From assembly GCA_028874075.1 (NCBI GenBank), contig JAPPLU010000060.1, positions 279,281 to 343,280 on the forward strand: a stretch of DNA of 64,000 nt. The letters run 5' to 3'. The position numbers and the translations under genes are program-made. This document shows positions 56,249 to 64,000 of the stretch, piece after piece. The notes beneath the pieces were generated by a model that had not been told where the DNA came from, ran no database searches, and was given only the letters and a program-made list of their open reading frames with translations. How positions within the stretch are numbered: the stretch's first letter is position 1; the number at the start of each line of letters is the position of its first letter. This DNA is from Chloroflexota bacterium. Lineage in GTDB: Bacteria > Chloroflexota > Dehalococcoidia > Lucifugimonadales > UBA3495.

Positions 56249-56872
56249 CTATCCGTTGGTGGGACCCTGCTGCAGGTGGCAGGTGGAATTGTAGGTGAGA
56301 AGGTGTGGGCCCCTGGTATCTATTTCAAAGATGCTGACGGAACCCAGGGCAAGGCGCAAGCGGTGGAAGTTGGCCAGTGGCAAACCCAGAACCTTGCCGC
56401 AGATGGCGCGGATGGTGAAGTTGTGAGAGATAATAGCCAGGTTGTCCTCGGGGCCGTGGGACTCCTGAAGCTCCAGGATTACTTTCCAGGAGCGTTCTTC
56501 CAGGGTTCCCAGGGATTCGCCGCCGGGCATGACCACTAGCTCTGGGCTGTTGTTCCAGGTATTGAACACCTGCGGCCAACCGGCCCGCATCTCCTCGCCG
56601 GTTACACCTTCCAGTTCTCCTAGTCCAAGCTCCATCAGGCCTTCACGGGCGCTGACGGTCAACCCCACTGCCTCGCCTATCTCGCCTGCGACTTGCATGG
56701 TCCGTGTGAGGGGACTGGCGTAGATGGCGGATAGACCCCAGTCTCTGGCTGCCTGGGCGATGACACCAGCCTGCTCCAGGCCAGCGGCATTCAGCTCAGT
56801 GTCGTACTGGCCCTGAAACCGGCCAAGCTTGTTCCATTCGGTTTCGCCGTGACGGACCAGGAAAAACTTCAC
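56249..56872 (-). CDS. Histidine phosphatase family protein (phosphoglycerate mutase-like)
   Basis: 207 aa with the MKFFLVRHGETEWN catalytic motif. It overlaps the upstream gene by 4 nt. Confidence 0.8.
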   Translation of the reverse strand: MKFFLVRHGETEWNKLGRFQGQYDTELNAAGLEQAGVIAQAARDWGLSAIYASPLTRTMQVAGEIGEAVGLTVSAREGLMELGLGELEGVTGEEMRAGWPQVFNTWNNSPELVVMPGGESLGTLEERSWKVILELQESHGPEDNLAIISHNFTIRAICGKVLGLPLANFHRLRLALGSVSIFEIDTRGPHLLTYNSTCHLQQGPTNG

Positions 56873-58155
56873 GGCGATTCTCCAGTGGTGAGGGTGGGTA
56901 CCCGCTGGGCCTGAACTTCCTCGATCCGTACGCCATTCATGGAGCGCACAGTGAATTTAAGGTTGCCGTACTCGAGAATCTCGCCGGCCTCGGGAATGTA
57001 GCCCAGCTGGTCCAGGATGAAACCGGCCACGGTCTGGTAGTCACCTTCGGGGAGGTCGAGGTTGAGCTGTTCGTTAGCGACCAGTATGGTCATTCCGGCG
57101 TTCAGGCGATAGGTGTCTTCGTCTATCTCCGAATATTCCTTGGGCACGTCCTCGTCCCGCTCTTCTTCAACCTGGCCTACAATCACCGACAGCCCCTGCT
57201 TCAGGGTTATCAGACCGGCTATGCCGCCAAACTCGTCCACGGTCAGAACGAGGCCGTAACCACCCTGCTGCATTTCCGAGAAAGTGTCGGCCACCGTCTT
57301 TGTCTCGGGGACGAAATGGGCTTCGCGCACCAGTTCGGTAACGCTGTCTTCCAGTTCCATTTCGCCCCTTCCCAGGGCAAGGAGCACGTCCTTGTTGGAT
57401 AGTACTCCGACGACGTTTTCGGTGTGGCCGGCAAAGACCGGGAAACGAGTGTGGTTATGCTGGGCGTACAGCGCCAGGAATGCCTGGAGGGTTGTGCCCT
57501 CCTCGACCCAAACTATTTCGGTCCTGGGCGTCATTATTTCCTGGACTTTCTGGTCGCCGAACCGGAACACCTTGTTGAGGAGTTCGGCCTCGGTCTGTTC
57601 CACCGCTCCCGTCTGGGCTCCAACTTCAATCAGGGTGCGTATTTCTCCCTCGCTGACCTCGTTAGTGGAGTTGGTGATGCCCAGAAGTCGGGTGAAGGCA
57701 TTGGTAATGATCTGAAGCACCCGAACTCCGGGCGAAAGAATGAACTCGGCCATGGTTAGGGGCCTGGCGTATGCGAAGGCCAGGGTTTCCGACCGGTTCC
57801 ACGCGACGGTTTTGGGCAAAGTCTCGCTGAAGATGAGCAGGAGCAGGGTTACGCCCACGGTTGAGACCATAACCGCCAGTCCTTCGTTCTGAATCACATT
57901 CAGTGCAACGGCTGTTCCGAGGGCGGCTGCGGCGGTGTTGACCAGGTTATTGCTTAGCAGGACCGTGGCGAGAAGGCGTTCTGGGTGGGAAACAAGGCGT
58001 TCCACCAGCTTGGCGTTGCGCCGACCTATGCTGATCAGGTGAAGTAATCTGGCCCTGGGCAGGGCGATGAAGGCGGTCTCCGAAGAGGAAAAGAATGCGG
58101 ATAAAGCCAGGCATACGGCGAGGAGAGCTAACTTGCCTAAATCCTCTGACTCCAT
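56869..58155 (-). CDS. CNNM/CorC-HlyC family transporter-associated protein (DUF21 + CBS pair + CorC_HlyC)
   Basis: 428 aa with an N-terminal 4-TM DUF21-like region, a CBS pair and a C-terminal CorC/HlyC-type domain. Confidence 0.8.
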   Translation of the reverse strand: MESEDLGKLALLAVCLALSAFFSSSETAFIALPRARLLHLISIGRRNAKLVERLVSHPERLLATVLLSNNLVNTAAAALGTAVALNVIQNEGLAVMVSTVGVTLLLLIFSETLPKTVAWNRSETLAFAYARPLTMAEFILSPGVRVLQIITNAFTRLLGITNSTNEVSEGEIRTLIEVGAQTGAVEQTEAELLNKVFRFGDQKVQEIMTPRTEIVWVEEGTTLQAFLALYAQHNHTRFPVFAGHTENVVGVLSNKDVLLALGRGEMELEDSVTELVREAHFVPETKTVADTFSEMQQGGYGLVLTVDEFGGIAGLITLKQGLSVIVGQVEEERDEDVPKEYSEIDEDTYRLNAGMTILVANEQLNLDLPEGDYQTVAGFILDQLGYIPEAGEILEYGNLKFTVRSMNGVRIEEVQAQRVPTLTTGESP

Positions 58156-58267
58156 TTTGAAACCCTCAGGCCTCCTGAATATTTGAAAATAAAGTTTGGC
58201 AACTTGGATAAAGGCTGCACAGCCTTACCGGAATGGATGATAGCATTGGCGCAATTTCGATGTAAAG

Positions 58268-58296
58268 TTGACCGTTTTCACGGGCGATCTTAGTAT
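58268..58296 (+). promoter_or_regulatory. Sigma70-like promoter candidate for tsaD
   Basis: TTGACC (58268..58273), a 17-nt spacer and TAGTAT (58291..58296) lie about 107 nt upstream of the tsaD ATG. Confidence 0.4.
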
Positions 58297-58402
58297 GAAG
58301 TGAATTTGCTTAGTCAGGGGCATCTGTTCTGCCTGCCTGCTGTAATGTTTAGCGTTCCGAAGACGGTGGATAGTGCCCCATCAGTTCTGAAAGGGAAGAT
58401 TC

Positions 58403-59467
58403 ATGGCATTAAAGGTTCTGGGTATTGAAACATCCTGCGACGAAACCGCAGTGGGAGTGGTGGAAGACGGCCGCCGGCTTCTTTCTAACATCGTTTCGTC
58501 GCAGGTGAAACTGCACGCTCCCTATGGCGGTGTAGTGCCGGAGGTTGCTTCCCGCCAGCACATCAGGGATATGACGCCGGCCCTGGAAAAGGCTCTGGCC
58601 GACAGCGGCATTGCCCTTGCTGACATTGACGTTGTGGCGGCGACGTACGGGCCAGGGCTGGCCGGGTCTCTGATAACCGGCCTGAACACGGCGAAAGCCT
58701 TGTCTCTGTCCCTGGGAAAGCCGCTTGTCGGCGTCAATCACCTGGAGGGCCACATTTATGCTTCCTGGCTGGCCAGAGGAGATGAAGAGCATCCGGAGGA
58801 CTCCCCAGGTTTTCCGGTGGCCTGCCTGGTGGCATCGGGAGGGCATACCGACCTGATCCTAATGGAAGGACACGGCATTTACCGGCTGGTGGGTCGCACG
58901 CGGGACGACGCGGCGGGTGAGGCCTTCGACAAGGCGGCGCGCATCCTGGGGTTGGGCTTTCCTGGTGGACCCGAAATCCAGAAGGCCTCCCAGGGCCATG
59001 ACGGTACCGAGTTTTCACCCCTGCCCCGGGCGTGGATGAGGGACACACTGGACTTCAGCTTCAGCGGGGTGAAGACGGCACTGCTTCACCTGGCCCAAAG
59101 GGAGGGACTCTACCCTGGCGACCCGGAGGCGGAGAAGACGAAGGAATTGCAGGAGAGGGTCGACCGGGTCGTGGGGGAGATGGCCGCCAATTTCCAGGAA
59201 GCGGTGGTGGAGGTGATGGTAGTCAAAACACTGGAAATGGCGCGTCGCTACAAGGCTAGGGGAATTGTGCTGGGCGGCGGCGTTACTGCCAACGCCAGGC
59301 TCCGGGAAGAAATGAACGGCGCGTCCATTCTGCCGGTGATAATCCCGCCCCCGGTTCTATGCACCGACAACGGCGCGATGATTGCTGCCTGCGCCTACTT
59401 CCAATACGACCGGGGCGAAGAGTTCGGCCTTGACCTGGATATTGACCCCGCTCTGCCGTTGGGCTAA
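58403..59467 (+). CDS. tsaD: tRNA N6-adenosine threonylcarbamoyltransferase
   Basis: 354 aa with LGIETSCDETAVG and VNHLEGH metal-binding motifs. Confidence 0.9.
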   Translation: MALKVLGIETSCDETAVGVVEDGRRLLSNIVSSQVKLHAPYGGVVPEVASRQHIRDMTPALEKALADSGIALADIDVVAATYGPGLAGSLITGLNTAKALSLSLGKPLVGVNHLEGHIYASWLARGDEEHPEDSPGFPVACLVASGGHTDLILMEGHGIYRLVGRTRDDAAGEAFDKAARILGLGFPGGPEIQKASQGHDGTEFSPLPRAWMRDTLDFSFSGVKTALLHLAQREGLYPGDPEAEKTKELQERVDRVVGEMAANFQEAVVEVMVVKTLEMARRYKARGIVLGGGVTANARLREEMNGASILPVIIPPPVLCTDNGAMIAACAYFQYDRGEEFGLDLDIDPALPLG

Positions 59468-59522
59468 CGGCGCTCTGTACAAAAACTCCGGGCCGGGTAT
59501 TGCTGCTTGATCCCTGTAGTGG

Positions 59523-60131
59523 TCAGACGTTCCATGCCTGGGGCTTCAGCAGATCATCCCAGCGGTCCTGGCGGCACTTGAACAGGCATTCAACCACGTC
59601 GTCAATGTCGGGTATCCGTTCTGCTCCGAGAACGGAAAATGACAGGTTCCAGTTGGAACCTTGCAGGGTAACCTTTCCGCCTGCCCTCCGGACATTGTGC
59701 CGCCAATACAGCCATCCGCTTATCAGCACCCCGGCCAGCAGAATGAAGGGAACGAAGTCCATGTTTATGCCGGGAATTCCAGGCCCCTCGAATTGCCCAG
59801 CCATCCAGTAAGCCACGAGCAGGTAAAAGGCCAGGGCAGCCACCAGTGTCAATATACCGCGTATGGGCGACAGGGTGCCTTTTCGGGCGGTGTCAACCAC
59901 GATGCCCTTTAGCTCTTCCACCGGGAGCAAGGTGGCTTCCCGGGCCCTGCCATCGTCGCGGAAAAAGAGAATCCGCTGGGTCGTGGCAATCAGCAACTGC
60001 CCATTACTGGAAGGTTCGTCCAGCAATCCCTCTTCCAGTGAGAAGACCCTGGCCACCCTTTCTTCCGGCAGCAAGGCCACTCCCCGCACTCGGGAGAGAT
60101 AGTTTCTTGGCTGAATGGCCTGGTCAATCAA
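59523..60131 (-). CDS. Hypothetical membrane protein (soluble N-terminal domain, two TM helices, Cys-containing C-terminal domain)
   Basis: 202-aa ORF with good coding appearance and two central hydrophobic helices (LTLVAALAFYLLVAYW, FVPFILLAGVLISGWLYW). I recognised no family. Confidence 0.5.
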   Translation of the reverse strand: MIDQAIQPRNYLSRVRGVALLPEERVARVFSLEEGLLDEPSSNGQLLIATTQRILFFRDDGRAREATLLPVEELKGIVVDTARKGTLSPIRGILTLVAALAFYLLVAYWMAGQFEGPGIPGINMDFVPFILLAGVLISGWLYWRHNVRRAGGKVTLQGSNWNLSFSVLGAERIPDIDDVVECLFKCRQDRWDDLLKPQAWNV

Positions 60132-60357
60132 GGAAATCCTCCGAGCGTTCTTGCAGAAGCGGGCAAAATGGCATTACCGCCCTGTTCCAATTGGACTGCG
60201 CTGGCTCCTACATGCCTCTCCACAGCCCTTATGATTGGGTTCGGCGCCAGCCGCATGGGATCTGAGAAAGACAAGGACTGCGCCCAAGAGTTCCGGCGTA
60301 TGTTACCATTGCCGTTACTTGATAGACCAGCCTTTTGGCGTACTGACGGAGGTTAAC

Positions 60358-60558
60358 ATGCCGGATTTGTCCAACGAAGAAGTACACGCTCTGGGAAGGT
60401 CGGTGGGACTGGATATCCAGGAACCGGAACTGACCCAGGTAGGCTACAGCCTTAACGCCATCCTGGAGGCCATGGCAAGCATCGACGTTCCCGGCTCCAA
60501 CAGTGTTGAGCCGCTTCCCCTGATATTGCACAGCCCGGAGGTCCAGGATGAATCCTAA
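60358..60558 (+). CDS. GatC-like small subunit (AtzG/GatC-like) preceding an amidase
   Basis: This is the internal ATG of ORF 60235..60558, preceded by GGAGG. The 66-aa product MPDLSNEEVHALGRSVGLDIQEPELTQVGYSLNAILEAMASI has the GatC-like helix pattern. It overlaps the amidase start by 11 nt. Confidence 0.55.
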   Translation: MPDLSNEEVHALGRSVGLDIQEPELTQVGYSLNAILEAMASIDVPGSNSVEPLPLILHSPEVQDES

Positions 60559-61972
60559 CGAAATTCCCTACCTGTCTGCCACAGAGTTGGGCGAACATAT
60601 CGCGGCGAAAGAGATAAGCCCGCTGGAAGCGGTTGAGGCTTACCTGACCCGCATCGGCGAGGTGGACACCAAGCTTAACGCTTACGTTACCGTGCGTGCC
60701 GACGAGGCCAGGGAAGAAGCGCGGCAAGCCTGCGAAGAGATTGCCCGAGGCGAATACCGGGGCCCCCTGCACGGCGTGCCCGTGGGAGTGAAGGACCAGA
60801 TTTATGTCAAGGGAGTCCGAAACTCCGACGGCTCCAGGATTCGGGATGACTTCGTGCCCGACTTCGACGCCACTGTGGTAGCCAACCTGCGCCGGGCCGG
60901 AGCGGTCATCCTGGGCAAGCTGAACATGAGCGAATTCGCCATGGGCGACCCCATCAGTTCCTATTACGGAGCAGCCCACAATCCCTGGGACCTGGAGAGG
61001 AACCCCGGAACGTCCAGCACCGGTTCGGGGGCGGCCACTGCCGGATTCCTGTGCGCTACGTCTCTAGGTGAGGACACGGGCGGTTCCATTCGGGGTCCCG
61101 CAGCCAACTGCGGGCTGGTGGGAATCCGTCCCACCTGGGGCAGGGTTAGCCGCTACGGTGTGGACGGCGCTTCCTGGTCGGTAGACACCATCGGCCCAAT
61201 ATCCAGAACGGTAGCCGACTGCGCCGCCACCATCGGCGCGATAGCCGGCTACGACCCTAACGACCCATACACCGGCCAGGTTGCGGTGCCGGACTACCAG
61301 GCGGCCCTGACTGGCAACATTGGCGGACTGAAGGTGGGCGTGGTGAAGGAGTTGATGGACCCTGACCTGGGGCTGGACCCGCAAACCCGGGAGGCGGTGG
61401 AGGCGGCTATCCAGGTGCTGGCGGAACTGGGCGCGGAAGTGCGGGAGGTCTCGCTTCCCCTGGCCCAGCATACCGGGGCCATTGTGCGTACCATCACTCA
61501 TACGGAGCGGGTAAGCCTGCGCCCCGAGTGGCTGCGGGAGCAGCCCGAAGACTATCACGTTAACACACGTATCGCCTTTATGACCGGAAACCTGATTCCG
61601 GGCCAGGTTTACTACAAAGCCCAAAAGCTGCGGGCCATTGTCCGTCGGCAGGTGCTGGACCTGCTGGAGGAGGTTGACGTACTTGTGCAGCCCACGTCAT
61701 CGGGCCCGGCTGGCAAGCTGGACTTCACTACCGGCGTGGCAAGCAAGGTATCGGCGCTCCAGGCCCTGGTGGAAGGAAGCTACCGGGGCCCGTACAGTTT
61801 GAGCGGCGCGCCGGCCCTGTCTATCCCCTGCGGCTACACCGCAGAGGGTGAGGGCGCCCTGCCTCTGGCGCTGCAGATTGCGGGTCGGCCCTTTGGGGAA
61901 GCTACAGTTCTCAATGTGGCCTATGCCTACGAGCAAGCAACGCCGTGGCACAATCGTAAGCCTCCCATATAA
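60548..61972 (+). CDS. Amidase-signature family enzyme (GatA/AtzE-like)
   Basis: 474 aa with Lys in GVPVGVKDQ and the signature stretch GTSSTGSGAATA...GEDTGGSIRGPAA. Confidence 0.85.
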   Translation: MNPNEIPYLSATELGEHIAAKEISPLEAVEAYLTRIGEVDTKLNAYVTVRADEAREEARQACEEIARGEYRGPLHGVPVGVKDQIYVKGVRNSDGSRIRDDFVPDFDATVVANLRRAGAVILGKLNMSEFAMGDPISSYYGAAHNPWDLERNPGTSSTGSGAATAGFLCATSLGEDTGGSIRGPAANCGLVGIRPTWGRVSRYGVDGASWSVDTIGPISRTVADCAATIGAIAGYDPNDPYTGQVAVPDYQAALTGNIGGLKVGVVKELMDPDLGLDPQTREAVEAAIQVLAELGAEVREVSLPLAQHTGAIVRTITHTERVSLRPEWLREQPEDYHVNTRIAFMTGNLIPGQVYYKAQKLRAIVRRQVLDLLEEVDVLVQPTSSGPAGKLDFTTGVASKVSALQALVEGSYRGPYSLSGAPALSIPCGYTAEGEGALPLALQIAGRPFGEATVLNVAYAYEQATPWHNRKPPI

Positions 61973-62030
61973 CTTGGCCACATAACTTGGGCACTTCCGT
62001 CCTGCAGAGTCAGGAGATGGAGATAGAACT

Positions 62031-62339
62031 ATGACACTACCCAATCCGGGCGCCTGGCAGGCCAAGCTGGAGAGCAATTCGCCAGAACTGTACAAGGAAA
62101 TAATGGACGTTAGGAACCACGTGCTGACGGACGGCGCCCTGCCTCTGAAAGTGAAGGTGCTGATGACCATGCTGTGCGATGCCATAATGGCACACCCGGA
62201 TGGCGTCAGGAACATCGCTAACCGGGCCAGGGCCGTGGGCGCGACGGAGGAAGAGATTGCCGAAACCGTAGGTGTGGCCTTTGTTATGGGCGGCACGGCG
62301 GCGCTTACGACCGCCTGCAACGCCTTCAAGGAGGATTAG
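62031..62339 (+). CDS. Carboxymuconolactone decarboxylase (CMD/AhpD-like) family protein
   Basis: 102 aa. The CMD-type helical core is ALPLKVKVLMTMLCDAIMAHPDGV...EEIAETVGVAFVMGG. Confidence 0.65.
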   Translation: MTLPNPGAWQAKLESNSPELYKEIMDVRNHVLTDGALPLKVKVLMTMLCDAIMAHPDGVRNIANRARAVGATEEEIAETVGVAFVMGGTAALTTACNAFKED

Positions 62340-62439
62340 CGGCAATCCCTTATGCGGGAGCAAGGTTTCTATTTGGGACCAGGGTTTTCAGAATTCGGAA
62401 ACATCAGTGCCCGGTAAAGGCGGGCGCCAGGGAGGAAAT

Positions 62440-64000
62440 ATGGTTAATGGAAACCTTTCCAGGAGTCTGGTGTACGGCAGCCGGGGCATTGTCTGTTCCA
62501 ACTCGCCCCTTGCTGCATCGGCTGGTATTCGGGTCATGCAGGAAGGCGGTAACGCCTTCGACGCCGCGCTGGCAGTGGCTGCCACCGAGGCGGTAACCCT
62601 GGTCCCGCTGTGCGGCATGGGCGGCGATTCCTTTATCCTGGCCTACGAAGGGGCCACAGGGCAGTTGACCGGTATCAACAGCAGCGGTACGGCCCCCACC
62701 GGCGCCACCGCAAACTACTACCGTTCGCGGGGTTATGAGGAGATGCCGCTGGAAGGGCCCCACGCCATTTCGGTACCGGGCGAAGTTGCCGCATGGGAAG
62801 AGGTGCACCGCCGGTTCTGCACAATGCCCTTTCCCAAGCTGCTGGAAACGGCCATCGGATACGCCGAGGAGGGTTTCCCGGTTCCACCCCGCATAGGGCG
62901 CAGCTTTGCCGGCGCCGTCTCGAAGTTGTCCCAGTTTCCTGCCAGCGCCGCTATCTATTCATCCAACGGCGGCATGAAGAAAGAAGGCGAAATCCTGGCC
63001 AATCCGGACCTGGCCCGGAGCCTGCAGCAGGTGGCCCAGGGGGGCGCTGACGAGTTCTACCGGGGCGATTTGGCCCGCAGAATGGTAAAAGAGCTACGCA
63101 AAGCTGACGGCCTATTCACGGAGTCGGATTTTGCAGACCACCGCCTGGATGTGTATGACCCAATCTCCACCAGCTATCACGGTTATTCGGTGTACCAGAC
63201 GCAGCCCCCCACCCAGGGCTTTCTGCTGCTGGAAATGTTGAACCTGGTGGAGGACTTTGACCTGGGCGACATGGGCCACAATTCGGCCCAGGCCATCCAC
63301 CTGATGACGGAGGCCAAGAAGATAGCCTATGGAGATCGAAACAACCTGGCCGGCGACCCTCGTTTCGTGGAGTGGCCCCTGCAGGAGCTGATATCTAAAG
63401 AGTACGCGGCCCGCCGCCGAACGGAAATTGACGCAAGCCGGGCCAATAACGGCGCGGTGGCGTTTGCCGAAGACGGCGATGGCAACACCACTTACTTCTG
63501 CGTTGCGGACGGCGCCGGAAACTGCGTTTCGTGGATTCACAGCCTGTCCAACGGGTTTGGCTCCGGGTTTGTGGCAGGAGGGACGGGAGTGCTGTTCAAC
63601 AATCGGGGGGGACGAGGGTTCAGCCTTAGAGACGGGCACCCCAACGTCATCGAGCCGGGTAAGCGCACCATGCACACGTTGAACTGCTACATGGCATTCA
63701 AGGACGGCGAACCCGTCATTGTAGGCGGCACTCCCGGCGGCGACTACCAGCCCCAGTGTGGCCTGCAAGTGCTGGCAAACCTGATTAATTACGGAATGGA
63801 CCCACAGATGGCAGTGGAAGCGCCCCGCTGGTGGAGCTTCCCCGGCACCGACCCGGCCAGCATCAAAACGCCTTTTGAGCTAAGGCTGGAGGCCGGGATG
63901 CCCGAAAGTGTTGGCAGGGAATTGGAAGCCCTGGGGCACAAGGTGGTGCAACGTCAGCAGGGAATCACTGATGGGATAGTGCAGTTGATTATCCGGGACA
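62440..64000 (+). CDS. ggt: Gamma-glutamyltransferase family protein (3' end beyond the window)
   Basis: It is open from ATG 62440 (after AGGGAGG) to the window end and is absent from the ORF track for lack of a stop. My translation is MVNGNLSRSLVYGSRGIVCSNSPLAASAGIRVMQEGGNAFDAA..., and the later GNTTYFCVADGAGNCVS has the autoprocessing Thr. Confidence 0.8.
   Translation, partial: MVNGNLSRSLVYGSRGIVCSNSPLAASAGIRVMQEGGNAFDAALAVAATEAVTLVPLCGMGGDSFILAYEGATGQLTGINSSGTAPTGATANYYRSRGYEEMPLEGPHAISVPGEVAAWEEVHRRFCTMPFPKLLETAIGYAEEGFPVPPRIGRSFAGAVSKLSQFPASAAIYSSNGGMKKEGEILANPDLARSLQQVAQGGADEFYRGDLARRMVKELRKADGLFTESDFADHRLDVYDPISTSYHGYSVYQTQPPTQGFLLLEMLNLVEDFDLGDMGHNSAQAIHLMTEAKKIAYGDRNNLAGDPRFVEWPLQELISKEYAARRRTEIDASRANNGAVAFAEDGDGNTTYFCVADGAGNCVSWIHSLSNGFGSGFVAGGTGVLFNNRGGRGFSLRDGHPNVIEPGKRTMHTLNCYMAFKDGEPVIVGGTPGGDYQPQCGLQVLANLINYGMDPQMAVEAPRWWSFPGTDPASIKTPFELRLEAGMPESVGRELEALGHKVVQRQQGITDGIVQLIIRD

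Noticed and set aside
1-64000. A search for CRISPR arrays, rRNA genes, additional tRNAs, transposases, integrases or prophage genes.
   Set aside because: I saw no regularly spaced repeats, no rRNA-like sequence, no further GGTTCGAnnCC-type T-loops in tRNA context, and no recombinase or transposase motifs in any ORF. The scan was manual, so small elements could have been missed.

Overview
This is a visibly GC-rich, gene-dense bacterial chromosomal segment with about 60 protein genes and one tRNA. I recognised no rRNA, CRISPR array, transposase, integrase or phage gene. Most of the content is housekeeping. From left to right it holds a partial ThyX-like gene, E2/E3 of a 2-oxoacid dehydrogenase and Tat export genes (two TatA-family genes plus TatC). 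Next come an RlmD/RumA-type m5U RNA methyltransferase fused to Maf, thioredoxin, tRNA-Sec (selC), LutABC, an MNT/HEPN pair, glycerate kinase and two tandem M20 amidohydrolases. These are followed by a NifS-type cysteine desulfurase, an M50/CBS protease, a SpeD-fold decarboxylase plus agmatinase, an ABC/GldG-like/DUF4340 module and CinA. Then comes a tightly coupled operon of coaE, a CbbQ/NorQ-type AAA+, a CoA-type Nudix and a 1086-aa vWA (CbbO/NorD-like) protein. After it lie RimI, endonuclease Q, an alpha/beta-hydrolase lacking its nucleophile Ser, SelA, a ~1.15-kb A/T-richer non-coding gap and an acyl-CoA dehydrogenase. The right part holds an ECF sigma/anti-sigma/SIMPL-lipoprotein module, dCTP deaminase, ribD-ribE-ribBA, prfB with the classical +1 frameshift, PlsY, ThrRS, a YyaL-like protein, TilS, a histidine phosphatase, CorC/CNNM and TsaD. 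It ends with a GatC-like peptide + amidase + CMD + gamma-glutamyltransferase cluster. The best candidate for an undescribed system is the coaE/AAA+/Nudix/vWA operon, which has no recognisable client gene in the window. Secondary leads are the RumA-Maf fusion, the Sec-decoding genes with no visible selenoprotein gene, the gene desert upstream of selA with its phased direct repeats, and the unusual anti-sigma factor. CDS stops come from the ORF track. Many starts were moved to internal ATG/GTG/TTG codons on Shine-Dalgarno or homology grounds and are less certain than the stops. Taxonomic origin cannot be established from the sequence alone.
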